Positions 14,888 through 24,543 of a stretch of 27,782 nt of DNA are shown piece after piece (position 1 is the first letter of the stretch; each line of letters starts with the position of its first letter). The stretch comes from a virus. Lineage: Duplodnaviria; Caudoviricetes. The stretch spans positions 1 through 27,782 of IMG/VR virus record IMGVR_UViG_3300032239_001297. The stretch is one strand, 5' to 3'. The position numbers and the translations under genes were made by a program. The notes beneath the pieces are model-generated. The model worked only from the letters and a program-made list of their open reading frames with translations. It was not told where the DNA came from and searched no databases.

Positions 14888-16906
14888 TTAGGAACTAAAT
14901 GACACTGTATCGGTAAGCGCCACCGCACCATTTAGATTTTTGTTCAAAGTGATCACGGTTCCAGAGAATGTTGCCGTGCCGACAGTTCCGGTTGGAGCCG
15001 CGGAAAGTGTGGCGGTTCCATTGATGAAACTGACCGATGACGTGATCATGCTGGCCGATGCGGTCGACATCGTGATCGTCGGAGCAGGAATTATGGTATA
15101 GGTTATTGAGCCGCTATTGTCGTCATATTTATTATCATAAAAATAGAAGGACATCGTGCCACCCGTATGATAGACATCACGATTAGGAGGATTCACTTGA
15201 GCCGCAGCAATCGCCGCGGCCGATGTGGTGTAACCGGAAACAGCCAGATTTGAATTTGTCAGAGCTATCCATCCGGTAGGTCCGGATGTCGAATTGTAAG
15301 AGACATTGACATATGTCGGGAGATAGGTATCCGGACCAGGCGCACTGACCCGCCAATTGTCTCCGCCGCCGACAACACAAACTGCTCCGGTAGAATATGC
15401 CAGACGATAGAAGCCGGCCGGAAGATTTGCCGAATAGACCGTCGTTCCAATTCCCGGAACTGTTACAGTCGAGACCGTGCTTCCCAGAGGAGTGTTGGCC
15501 ACGACAGTCACACCATTCGGAATTGCAGATCCAGTAATTCCAACTCCGGCTATTACGGATGAGCTATAAGTGGCATATGAAAACGTATTGAATCCGGCAA
15601 TTGAGACTACCGGAGTGGTCGTATACACGCTCGAGGTGCCCGTACTCGTCACGTAAACATTGCTTGGAAATGTGATGCCCGATCCGGTTCCGGTTATAAA
15701 TAGGCCGGGAACAATGCTTGAATCTGGTGCCAAATATTTGATGACGCTTCCAGAAGCCGTGATGATCGACTTACTGATCGAGACATAGCTTGAAGCAATG
15801 ATGTTCGAATCCGTCGCAATGCTAGAAAGGGCAGTCTCATCAAAGGCATACATTCCAACCGTGATATTCGACGTCATGTCGGCCGGAGAGGTGATATAGG
15901 CATAGCTCGATCCCAGACCAAGGAAATTGAGCATGCGATACTTGATGATCGATCCAATGTTCGACCAATCTGCATAGGTGTAGTTAGTCGTATTCTGATA
16001 GCCCTCATTGTAGTTACCGGCCGCATCAGCAATGGTATACGACAGAAACTCCTTCAGAGGCGATGAATCCAAGCACCAAAGTGAGATCTGATAGTCCTCT
16101 CGCGCATCCGTCATGCGACTTTCCGAGACATCCAAAATTCCATTGGTCGATAGTGACGGTTGAACCACATACTTGAATCCAACTGGATGCACTAGTGCGC
16201 GAAACGCCTGATCAAAAGCGGCCTGATCGATCGAGGTCTGAATTACATAGGTGAATGGCAACCAAGCCTGAATCGACGTCTGCGTATAGGACACTCCGGA
16301 AAGTGATACATGAATTGGCGCGGTGGTGCTGGCCAATGTGACACCTGAGGTTGTCAACCAAGTGCTGATGTAGCTCGTCATCAGATCGACCGAAGTGTCA
16401 GATGCATCAAACACTCCGGCCGTATCATTATAGAATATCTGAAAGAAACTGGCCACAGAGTTACGTGAGCCGCGAGTATTGTAGAAATACTTAACGATCT
16501 TCTGATAGAGCTGCGCGCGGAGTCCGGCGATCTCTTCGGCAATAAGTCCTTTGTAGAAGCCATTTGGCGTCGGCGCCATATACGTCGGATTGGGCACGTA
16601 AGGTGCCACGGCCGACTGAATATGAGTCAGATAGTCCAGATCAACCTGATCAATGTCAAGTTCCGACAGAATCGAGTAGATGACATTTGATGGTCCAGAT
16701 CCTTTCTTTCCGATCAGAAGTGAAGACGTCGCCTGAGTCGTCGGAGCCGTTGAGATCTCCGCGGCATTCATGAACTTATAGTATTCCTCGAGCATCATCA
16801 GAAAGTTATTCGCCGTAATGCGAATCGATTCTGGAATGAGCTCTAATGAACGCGGCGCCTCTAAGTTGCGAGGCTGCACGTCGTTGATGCCTAGATTAGA
16901 CGTCAT
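14888..16906 (-). CDS. gp7: Baseplate wedge initiator-like protein with Ser/Thr-rich C-terminal extension
   Basis: FLMMLEEYYKFM, KYFYNTRGSRNSVASFFQIFY and FTYVIQT...LVHPVGFK motifs; lies between gp6 and gp8. Confidence 0.75.
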   Translation of the reverse strand: MTSNLGINDVQPRNLEAPRSLELIPESIRITANNFLMMLEEYYKFMNAAEISTAPTTQATSSLLIGKKGSGPSNVIYSILSELDIDQVDLDYLTHIQSAVAPYVPNPTYMAPTPNGFYKGLIAEEIAGLRAQLYQKIVKYFYNTRGSRNSVASFFQIFYNDTAGVFDASDTSVDLMTSYISTWLTTSGVTLASTTAPIHVSLSGVSYTQTSIQAWLPFTYVIQTSIDQAAFDQAFRALVHPVGFKYVVQPSLSTNGILDVSESRMTDAREDYQISLWCLDSSPLKEFLSYTIADAAGNYNEGYQNTTNYTYADWSNIGSIIKYRMLNFLGLGSSYAYITSPADMTSNITVGMYAFDETALSSIATDSNIIASSYVSISKSIITASGSVIKYLAPDSSIVPGLFITGTGSGITFPSNVYVTSTGTSSVYTTTPVVSIAGFNTFSYATYSSSVIAGVGITGSAIPNGVTVVANTPLGSTVSTVTVPGIGTTVYSANLPAGFYRLAYSTGAVCVVGGGDNWRVSAPGPDTYLPTYVNVSYNSTSGPTGWIALTNSNLAVSGYTTSAAAIAAAQVNPPNRDVYHTGGTMSFYFYDNKYDDNSGSITYTIIPAPTITMSTASASMITSSVSFINGTATLSAAPTGTVGTATFSGTVITLNKNLNGAVALTDTVSFSS

Positions 16907-16908
16907 GA

Positions 16909-19431
16909 TTATGGATCGCGAGGGAACGTGGTATAGTTGTTGGCTCCCAGAACACCGGATTGAGCAAAGGTGTCGGCCGTAGCGGTCACGTTTGAGTTAG
17001 CTATAGTTAGGAGCTGATGACGACTTGGTGCCACATCGTTCGAGGCCGGTCTAGAATAGATGCCGATCGAACTTGCACTAGTCAGATCCAACACCGAACG
17101 AATGACCAAAAATTGTGTTGATGCATCTGGAGCAATAATAAGAGAGCTAGCTGAGAAATACAGCGTGTTCGAACTATTCGAAGTGATAGCCGCCTGTTGT
17201 TGATAACCAGCACCAGCCGTGATATACACCACACAGCCGATCAGTTGATTGGTCAGAAAGTTGATCGACGTGGTATAAGCTCCATCGTAGGTTGACATTG
17301 AGCCAACAGTCAGAGAAGTGACCGTTGAAGCCGCCGTGGCATTGCCAGTGAAGTAGCGATAGAGCTCGAGCTTTCCGGTTGCCGGATAGACCGTTCCAAT
17401 ATGAATGTCCGTGCCGCTCGGCGTGTATTTGGGATCCGAGGCCATCGATGATGAATTCGGAGACATGAACAGTCGACGACTTGTAGTTGAAAGCGGATCA
17501 TCGCCATCTTTGAGATAGTATGTTCCGGCCGGTGGAGTCACATAGATTGTGGCGTTCGAGGCACTTGAAGTGGTCAGAGCCGGAGAAATCGTAATGGTCG
17601 AATACGATCCAGTGTTATTGATCGATGTGATAGTTGCCGTAGTGACCGCATAACCAGAAGCTGTCACGCCGGCTCCAACCACCAAGTAGGGATTCGTCAG
17701 CGTGTTCTGCGTGGAAGCAACACCCGGACTGGTCTGAACCGTGATGATAGATGGAGAGGCTGATGTCCACGTGGAAGACGATAGCACGACCGAGCGTTGA
17801 GCTGGCATGATATTCTGCATTGTCGACAGAGCAATGTTAAAGCCCGATGATGTGATCATTGAAGCTGTCTGATCAAGTGCACCATATAGCTTATTGCCAA
17901 AGGTGGTGACCAATCCATTCGGAATCGAAGTGACACCTTTAGTGACCGCATCCGTGGAAACACTTAGCGGACTGGCCAGATAGGTCTTGTAAAAAAGCAC
18001 CTGAATGTCCGAGTTGATGATCGATGGATCGGAGGTATCGATCTGACGAAGCAGATTTGAGTGACGGAATACTCCGGTAAAGCTCTGCAGTGATGAGCTA
18101 TTGTAAGATGGAATGACATTGTCATTGACATTGCTCACCAACTGACTGGACGTCTTGCTGGTCAGATTGGGATTATACTTGAAATTGACATTCAGATTCA
18201 AGTAAACGTAGTCAGGCGAGATGATGATCGGAGTTATGGACATCACCTTATAGTTCTTCAAGTAGGCCAGAACATCCGAATTATTGATAGTCGAACTGTC
18301 GGCAAACGAGATGAATACCTTTCCGGCATATTGCGCCGCATTGAGTGGATCAAAGACTACTTCATCTTCTCCGCCCCATACATTGATTGCGCCGGTCTTG
18401 ATGTCATATTTGTCCTTCAGAAGCGTGATGTAGTCATTGGCCGTAACTGCCCGCTTTTGTGTGACCAATGAGGCCGGAGCATTCAGACGAATCGATTCAG
18501 TGGACTCTTCATCAAAGCCACCAGTTGAAGGAGCCAAAGCCGTCACAGTGGCCGACGCGATTGGATTGCCATTTCCATCAATCAGTGTGTCGGCAAACTG
18601 AAACTGCGTTATGCTATTGCCCAACGGTCCTTGTGTTGAGTAATATGAAAGCTTGACCACGTTCAAACTGTTTAGAGCCTGACCTAGAATGCCATCGCCG
18701 AACGTTACTTCATACTTGCCTTGACTATTCAACGAGAGATAGTAGATCTTCGAAGATGGAGTGACATTGGCCAAGTCCTGCGAATTGTTTCCAATGTAGC
18801 TTGAAATCGCCGTAAAGGTGGTGAAGGTCGTTGAGTTCTCGTTGGCATAGATCATGACCGACAGTGTTGACATATCGGCTGAAGGATCATCGATGATGAA
18901 CTTCTGACCGGCAAATGAGTTGTCGACCTGATATGTCTGTGAACGAATCACGCCTTGAATCAAAGGAAATGAGGAGATCGTGTAGCCACTGGTCGTCGAC
19001 GTGGCCACGGCCACCGCATCACCTCGAGTGACAAAGGTAAAGGATCCATTCGGAGAAGTTCCCGTAAACTTAGTGCCGGCCGGAATGGTCATTGTGGCAC
19101 CCGTTATTACGGCACCCGAAGACTGAAAAGCGCCTGACAATGAGACCGTGGCAGCAGTAATTGACTTGGGAATGTAACCTAGCAGCTTGGCCTGTGAGAT
19201 CACGGATGAACGAAGCTGTGCGGTGTCAATGAAGCTTTCGTTCAAATTAAGATGGGCCAGAATCGCGTTGTAATGCGTATTGTAGGCCAGAACATCTAGC
19301 AACATGTTAAGGCCCGAGCCGTCAAAGTTCCAGTCCTTGATCGGAGAATCTTGGCGCATGAAGTAGGCCTTCAGATTCGCCTTGATCTGATCCGCATCGA
19401 GCTCCGTGACATTCAAAAGTGGTTGTGCCAT
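16909..19431 (-). CDS. gp6: Baseplate wedge subunit
   Basis: ELDADQIKANLKAY, DWNFDGSGLNMLLDVLAYNTHYNA, ESFIDTAQLRSSV, YEVTFGDGILG and QKRAVTANDY. Confidence 0.96.
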   Translation of the reverse strand: MAQPLLNVTELDADQIKANLKAYFMRQDSPIKDWNFDGSGLNMLLDVLAYNTHYNAILAHLNLNESFIDTAQLRSSVISQAKLLGYIPKSITAATVSLSGAFQSSGAVITGATMTIPAGTKFTGTSPNGSFTFVTRGDAVAVATSTTSGYTISSFPLIQGVIRSQTYQVDNSFAGQKFIIDDPSADMSTLSVMIYANENSTTFTTFTAISSYIGNNSQDLANVTPSSKIYYLSLNSQGKYEVTFGDGILGQALNSLNVVKLSYYSTQGPLGNSITQFQFADTLIDGNGNPIASATVTALAPSTGGFDEESTESIRLNAPASLVTQKRAVTANDYITLLKDKYDIKTGAINVWGGEDEVVFDPLNAAQYAGKVFISFADSSTINNSDVLAYLKNYKVMSITPIIISPDYVYLNLNVNFKYNPNLTSKTSSQLVSNVNDNVIPSYNSSSLQSFTGVFRHSNLLRQIDTSDPSIINSDIQVLFYKTYLASPLSVSTDAVTKGVTSIPNGLVTTFGNKLYGALDQTASMITSSGFNIALSTMQNIMPAQRSVVLSSSTWTSASPSIITVQTSPGVASTQNTLTNPYLVVGAGVTASGYAVTTATITSINNTGSYSTITISPALTTSSASNATIYVTPPAGTYYLKDGDDPLSTTSRRLFMSPNSSSMASDPKYTPSGTDIHIGTVYPATGKLELYRYFTGNATAASTVTSLTVGSMSTYDGAYTTSINFLTNQLIGCVVYITAGAGYQQQAAITSNSSNTLYFSASSLIIAPDASTQFLVIRSVLDLTSASSIGIYSRPASNDVAPSRHQLLTIANSNVTATADTFAQSGVLGANNYTTFPRDP

Positions 19432-19443
19432 ATCGTCGTCTTA

Positions 19444-19451
19444 TATTTACC
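19444..19451 (-). promoter_or_regulatory. Late promoter variant GGTAAATA
   Basis: TAAATA core in the gp25-gp6 intergenic gap. Confidence 0.45.
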
Positions 19452-19453
19452 GA

Positions 19454-19888
19454 TTATCTTAATCTTTCCAAATAGAAATTGAGTTCCGCGGCCGTATTCA
19501 ACGCAATGATGTTAAAGTTGATCGTGATGGCATATGAATTGATGTCGGACTGATCGATCACATTGACGGCCGTCACATTGACTCGAGGCTCATGCTGAAT
19601 AAGCACTCGCTTGATTTCTTTATTTATGGCCATTGCGGTATATGTGTCCGCATTTTCAAAGAGTAGAGCTCGCAGATTCGATCCTTTGAATGGATCAAAT
19701 GGCACTTCATAAAAATTGGTCAGCACCAGATTTCGCACGGAGTTTTTGACCGCATCAATGTCGAGCGCTGGCACGACGTCCTTATTGTAGGGAGAGACAA
19801 AGGGATCACGCAAGTCTAGATCCGAATACGATTGCTCGGCCGCCACGGTGCGTGGACGAAGCGGATTGAAGTCGGAAGAATTGCTCAT
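19454..19888 (-). CDS. gp25: Baseplate wedge subunit / sheath initiator
   Basis: YSDLDL, DAVKNSVRNLVLTNFYEVPF, HEPRV and C-terminal LERLR. Confidence 0.95.
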   Translation of the reverse strand: MSNSSDFNPLRPRTVAAEQSYSDLDLRDPFVSPYNKDVVPALDIDAVKNSVRNLVLTNFYEVPFDPFKGSNLRALLFENADTYTAMAINKEIKRVLIQHEPRVNVTAVNVIDQSDINSYAITINFNIIALNTAAELNFYLERLR

Positions 19889-19901
19889 TGCTATTGAATT
19901 C

Positions 19902-19909
19902 TATTTATG
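19902..19909 (-). promoter_or_regulatory. Late promoter variant CATAAATA
   Basis: Overlaps the gp5 stop, upstream of gp25. Confidence 0.6.
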
Positions 19910-20603
19910 GCGTTTTGATATCATTGATATTGACACGAACACCCATGAGATTGATGAAATTGCCACAGATGTTGATGTCACCGGCATTTGTGATCTCAAA
20001 AAATGCTCCGGTCTTATGCATCAATGAGAGGCGTTCTTTTCCAGGAGTATCATCATATTCAATGACATGCCCAGAACGCGTCTTCATGACTTGATTGTTC
20101 GGATATGTTGGAGCGATGTAATTCAGACTCAGAGTCTGCTTAAAAGGCGCCTTGGCCGCAGCAGTTCCGGCGGTCACTTCGGCCGGAATCTCGGATCCAG
20201 CTTTTCCCGGATAAGTTCCACTTGGATCCGAGAAGCCCTTGGTCTTGTCAGGCAGATCCACTACCTTTGAAGCCACCGTGCCAATAATGATCGGATCCTG
20301 AGCCGAAGGTCCATCGCGAAAGAATCCAATGACCCAGGTTCCGGCAACCATACCGGTAGCAGACTGACCTATGCCGCCCAGTGTTGCATCGATCGTTGAG
20401 GGAGAGGTGACTGGCAGCATGCATAGCGCCCACGGCAGCCCGGACGTAGGTAGGAGCCCTCGATCGTGCGTATGATAGCCTACACAACGAACACGAACAC
20501 GACCGAGCCGCAGAGGATCCTGTGTGTCTTCAATCACTCCGTGAAACCAGTAGAACCCTCCACCGTAGTCTGCAAAGTCGTCTTTGTGATGTGTGGCTAA
20601 CAT
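19905..20603 (-). CDS. gp5: Baseplate central spike, short, without lysozyme domain
   Basis: OB-fold FYWFHGVIEDTQDPLRLGRVRVRCVGYH...GTWVIGFFRDG..AQDPIIIG, then YPNNQVMKTRSGHVIEYDDTPGKERL. The start at 20603 is 1 nt after the upstream stop. Confidence 0.93.
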   Translation of the reverse strand: MLATHHKDDFADYGGGFYWFHGVIEDTQDPLRLGRVRVRCVGYHTHDRGLLPTSGLPWALCMLPVTSPSTIDATLGGIGQSATGMVAGTWVIGFFRDGPSAQDPIIIGTVASKVVDLPDKTKGFSDPSGTYPGKAGSEIPAEVTAGTAAAKAPFKQTLSLNYIAPTYPNNQVMKTRSGHVIEYDDTPGKERLSLMHKTGAFFEITNAGDINICGNFINLMGVRVNINDIKTP

Positions 20604-20604
20604 A

Positions 20605-21987
20605 TTATGATTTATTGACGTCAAAGGTAAAGGAATCTCGCTTCACACGCATGCGACAATGATATTCCTCATCAAACTGATGAATGACCGCCGTGACCAA
20701 GTATTTACCCGAAACCGTGCGATCAAAGAGATCATCAGAATTTCCCTTCAATGTTCGTGGATCAAAGGCTTTTAGATCGATGGCCTTGGGAATCTCCAGA
20801 GCGATCTTTCGACCCGGACGCATGTTAAAGTCACCGGCCACTAGCACCTCGTGAGTGATCGTATCCAGTGTCTCGATGATCGAATTGTATGTGCCCAGAC
20901 GATTCACCATCATATCATGATAGCTCTGTGCGGATCCATCCGTCGAATAGGCTAGCGAATTCACGGGCAGATATTCCGTGAAAGCGTCATAGGTTTGACT
21001 TAGATCCTTAATGTCCGCATCAGAACTGTAGGGTACGCCAAAGGTATTCGACAGAACCTTGTGTGTGTTCAATGTTGACTTGGGATCAATTGATCCATAG
21101 CTAAAAGTCTGATTTCGAAGTGTCTTGGTCGATAGATCCAGAAAGGTGGATCTGGATGCATATGCACCATTGCTTATCGTGGGAAGGACTTTGGACAGTT
21201 TGAAGTCCGACGCCACGTCCAGCACACGTTCAAGTTGCTCGATAAAATATGCGGCGGTTCCTGGAGTCTCGGCAAAAAGCTTGGCATCGCGATAGGTTCG
21301 ATACACTGGATTCTTCTTCTCATCGATCAACGTGGTCAATGATTCCAGACGAATGCCATCGCGCATTGATTCGGAAAGAAAGAATGGTCTGGATGACTCA
21401 TCATAGGCTCGACGCAGAAGCCAATAGCACGAATCCATTGGATGCATTAGTGGAAGAACTCCGTTGAATCGGCCAATCGTTGTCTCAATATTGGCAATTC
21501 GAGTCGAATCAACAAGCAGATCTTGTTCCAGTGTTCGACGTATTTCCGAAGATATCGTATCCTTCACGGCACGGGAAATGCGTTTGAATGCCGAGATATA
21601 TGCTTGTTTGGAGACCGCCACGATGCCATAAGCCTGAGTATTCTGCTGATCGCCGCGACCAAAGATTGGATATTCGGTCACATAAAATGTCAGATCGACG
21701 TCGGTCCAGTCTGGCGATGTGAAGTCATGACGTCCCATCTTCACGCGAATTGTTTCTTGTCCAATCAACTGATACTCTTCAATGAAATTGGCCGTGTCTT
21801 TGATGTTCAGACGCAAGATCATCGAGGCCGTATAGAGGCTCTCGGTGATAGAAAAGTCCGTGACGATATTCTGTATGTCGGCCGTCTGACCTTTGTGATT
21901 GGTCAGAATAATGCCATCCAGAGCATAGGCTAACGGTGTTAGCGCTTTGTCCGTATTCGGCTTGATGTTGCCACGAATATTAGGCAT
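20605..21987 (-). CDS. Baseplate hub protein (gp27/gpD-like)
   Basis: 460 aa between gp53 and gp5, with N-terminal FSITESLY and C-terminal VAGDFNMRPG...SGKYLVTAVIHQF typical of the gp27/gpD fold. Confidence 0.75.
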   Translation of the reverse strand: MPNIRGNIKPNTDKALTPLAYALDGIILTNHKGQTADIQNIVTDFSITESLYTASMILRLNIKDTANFIEEYQLIGQETIRVKMGRHDFTSPDWTDVDLTFYVTEYPIFGRGDQQNTQAYGIVAVSKQAYISAFKRISRAVKDTISSEIRRTLEQDLLVDSTRIANIETTIGRFNGVLPLMHPMDSCYWLLRRAYDESSRPFFLSESMRDGIRLESLTTLIDEKKNPVYRTYRDAKLFAETPGTAAYFIEQLERVLDVASDFKLSKVLPTISNGAYASRSTFLDLSTKTLRNQTFSYGSIDPKSTLNTHKVLSNTFGVPYSSDADIKDLSQTYDAFTEYLPVNSLAYSTDGSAQSYHDMMVNRLGTYNSIIETLDTITHEVLVAGDFNMRPGRKIALEIPKAIDLKAFDPRTLKGNSDDLFDRTVSGKYLVTAVIHQFDEEYHCRMRVKRDSFTFDVNKS

Positions 21988-23128
21988 TGATCAGATCTCG
22001 ATATTGTTTCACAAAGGCGCGAATGTACGTTGGATTCACCACTCGAATTGACGACCTTTGTTCATTTAGCTGCTCTTCGTAATCCGCATATGTTATCGGA
22101 TAGATGCGATCGGCGCGGCTAATAGCATCTGGAGAATTCGAATTGTTGATCGTGTTGATTGCATCTCGAGCCGTGATCAAGAATCCTTGAGGATCTGTAA
22201 AGTAGAAAGGTTGTCCATTGTCAACAACCACGCCTCCATATGAATTCGCATAGGCTGGAATCAGGCTCGTGACCGCGCCCTTCATTCCTTGAAATTTGAC
22301 CACATCACCAAGTTGAGGAGTATAGACGTAGTGATGAATAGCATTTCTTCCTAGAGGTATGTAGGGAAGAATTCCCGGTGCCGCAATGCTTTGACCGGCC
22401 GTGCTTGACATGGGAGAAAAGGCCGAGTAGACCGCACCATTGATTGTGATGGTTGCCAATGCGGAAGATGGATCGGTCGCCGAAGCCGTCAAACGAAAAA
22501 TGCCATTGTTCTGAAGACCGGTCAGAAATGTATCGGACGAGCCAGAATTGACAATCCAAAGCTGCTGCATGTATGGATCATACTTCATCACGGATCGAAT
22601 CTGACTATTCCACATGTCATAGACATAATATGGAGTCTTGAAGAAGTCAATTGAGCGTGTGTTGTCAACAAAGGTGGTTGCCACTGGCAGCGATTCAAAT
22701 GCCAGATCCGCATTCAAATCGATCTGATCAGCCGTGATGTTATTCAGATCGGTCGAAATGACTTCATTGAAACCATTTGGCAGACAGTGAGTATTGGTAT
22801 CGCCCATCTGAACGACCGAGTACGTGTCGTATTCACGCGTCAGATATTTGTCCAGCTGCACGTGCGACATGGGCCAAGTTGAATGTCCGGACTTAAGCTT
22901 ATCATTGATGATAAAGAAAGTCCAGTAGTAATCCGGATCTCCATAGAGCTTCTGAGATACGACATCCGGACGATCTCCGTTCTGAATGCGATAGTTTGTA
23001 TAAGCTATGGTCGGATCAAGCTTGATCTGTGGCGACGTGACATTGCGAAACAAATCGACAATGCGATTCAGCGCGCCGGTCTTTTGCAAATCGTATGCAG
23101 TTAATGGAAATTGTCGAAAGAATGACAT
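21980..23128 (-). CDS. gp53: Baseplate wedge subunit (LysM-like) with insertion
   Basis: MSFFRQFP, YRIQNGDRPDVVSQKLYGDPDYYWTF..N and C-terminal YEEQLNEQRSSIRVVNP. Confidence 0.92.
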   Translation of the reverse strand: MSFFRQFPLTAYDLQKTGALNRIVDLFRNVTSPQIKLDPTIAYTNYRIQNGDRPDVVSQKLYGDPDYYWTFFIINDKLKSGHSTWPMSHVQLDKYLTREYDTYSVVQMGDTNTHCLPNGFNEVISTDLNNITADQIDLNADLAFESLPVATTFVDNTRSIDFFKTPYYVYDMWNSQIRSVMKYDPYMQQLWIVNSGSSDTFLTGLQNNGIFRLTASATDPSSALATITINGAVYSAFSPMSSTAGQSIAAPGILPYIPLGRNAIHHYVYTPQLGDVVKFQGMKGAVTSLIPAYANSYGGVVVDNGQPFYFTDPQGFLITARDAINTINNSNSPDAISRADRIYPITYADYEEQLNEQRSSIRVVNPTYIRAFVKQYRDLINA

Positions 23129-23135
23129 ATGTTAA

Positions 23136-24065
23136 TTAGCCAGCAAATGGACCAGATGAACCAGATGGCTTGTTTGGATTCGTGGACTGAGTTGGCGTCT
23201 CTAGTGACGATGGACTTGGAATTGGAATGTCAATTCCGGCCGGAGCCTTTGAAGTGGCCAGACCAGTTAGAGGATCGATGCCACGATCAGATTTGCCGGC
23301 CGAAAGCAGATCGATATCATTTCGCGTGAGCACTCGAGTTTCTTGAAATGTCAATTGAAATGATGCATCAAAGGGTGAACCATCATTTCGAAATATGTTC
23401 TGATCCTGATTGAATGAGCAGCCAAACGTTTCCAGATAGCAGGCAAAGATCTTGGGCAAATATGGATTCTCCGCATCGCCTAGCAAGAACTTTATCTGCC
23501 AGAGAGGCGGATAGTCCAGCACCACATTAGGAGCATCTGCCGACGATCCGGCATAAGCGTACCGTCGAAACATCTGCTGAATTGCCGCAATGGCATTAGT
23601 GTCGGCCTGCGATCGGGCGATGAGCTTAAATGAGAATGAGAATGATCTGAGCTTATTCCCCTGAAAAGTTGTATTTTGATTTGGCGATTTGACCTTCTTC
23701 TGAGCAAACATGGCCGTCTCTTTATCCACACCCGGAAGCTTTGAGGCCAATGTTGCCTTGATTCGTGTGGCCAGAGAATGAAACTGCTGTGTGGCTGTAT
23801 TCATCAGATTCGAACCGTCGTCGGAGTAACCGCCCATCAGATCACTCAGCGCATCTAGTCCGCCACCGGCCGCAATAGAGCCCAGATCAATGGTGCCATA
23901 GGTTCCACCATCCGAGAATTGAACCGAACCAGGCATGGGCAGATAGATGGAAGTGAATGTATTTCCACCACGATCATCCTCGTGGACCGTGAACTCGATC
24001 TGTGGATATGACTGATTTCCACTCAGTGATCTGAGATCGGATGGAAAGACAATGGGTGTCGACAT
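23136..24065 (-). CDS. gp48: Baseplate tail tube cap
   Basis: IYLPMP, PNQNTTFQGNKLRSFSFSFKLIARS, LDYPPLW and LTFQETRVLTR. Confidence 0.88.
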   Translation of the reverse strand: MSTPIVFPSDLRSLSGNQSYPQIEFTVHEDDRGGNTFTSIYLPMPGSVQFSDGGTYGTIDLGSIAAGGGLDALSDLMGGYSDDGSNLMNTATQQFHSLATRIKATLASKLPGVDKETAMFAQKKVKSPNQNTTFQGNKLRSFSFSFKLIARSQADTNAIAAIQQMFRRYAYAGSSADAPNVVLDYPPLWQIKFLLGDAENPYLPKIFACYLETFGCSFNQDQNIFRNDGSPFDASFQLTFQETRVLTRNDIDLLSAGKSDRGIDPLTGLATSKAPAGIDIPIPSPSSLETPTQSTNPNKPSGSSGPFAG

Positions 24066-24070
24066 AAATA
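24063..24070 (+). promoter_or_regulatory. Late promoter CATAAATA for the rightward (gp4) operon
   Basis: One arm of an inverted repeat with 24081-24088. Confidence 0.7.
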
Positions 24071-24080
24071 TGTTCGAAAC

Positions 24081-24088
24081 TATTTATA
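24081..24088 (-). promoter_or_regulatory. Late promoter TATAAATA for the leftward (gp48) operon
   Basis: Perfect consensus at the divergence point. Confidence 0.85.
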
Positions 24089-24534
24089 TGACTTACTCGG
24101 GCCGATACTCTATTCAGAATAATTCCAAGTATGAAGGAGATCCCACACGCGTCTTCTTTCGCTCTCTTTGGGAACGACAGGTTTTTCGATGGGCCGATTC
24201 GAATTCAGATGTTGTCAAATGGAGTTCCGAAGAGATTGCGATACCGTATCGATGCAAAACCGACGGTCGAATGCATCGCTACTTTGTCGATATGAAGCTT
24301 ACAATGGCCAATGGACAAACCTATTTGATCGAGATCAAGCCCAAATGTCAGACCATTGCACCAATTCAACCTAAGCGAAAGACACAGAAATACATCACGG
24401 AAGTCATGACCTATGTTAAGAATACTTCCAAATGGGAAGCCGCCGACGCCTATGCTCAAAGCAAAGGATGGACCTTTCAGATCTGGACCGAAGAAACACT
24501 GAAAGGCCTGGGAATTCGTCTGTTGACGGCCTAA
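24088..24534 (+). CDS. gp4: Head completion nuclease
   Basis: YSGRY...KYEGDP..FRSLWE...WSSEEI.IPY...HRYFVD...LIEIKP...KWEAA (PD-(D/E)xK fold). The start is placed at 24088 (MTYSGRY). Confidence 0.95.
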   Translation: MTYSGRYSIQNNSKYEGDPTRVFFRSLWERQVFRWADSNSDVVKWSSEEIAIPYRCKTDGRMHRYFVDMKLTMANGQTYLIEIKPKCQTIAPIQPKRKTQKYITEVMTYVKNTSKWEAADAYAQSKGWTFQIWTEETLKGLGIRLLTA

Positions 24535-24537
24535 ATA
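24530..24537 (+). promoter_or_regulatory. Late promoter variant CCTAAATA
   Basis: TAAATA core overlapping the gp4 stop, 6 nt before the gp54 ATG. Confidence 0.5.
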
Positions 24538-24543
24538 AGATTT

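Noticed and set aside
15695-15702. Perfect TATAAATA on the + strand inside gp7
   Set aside because: It is antisense, intragenic and has no downstream gene, so it is probably chance. An antisense promoter cannot be excluded.
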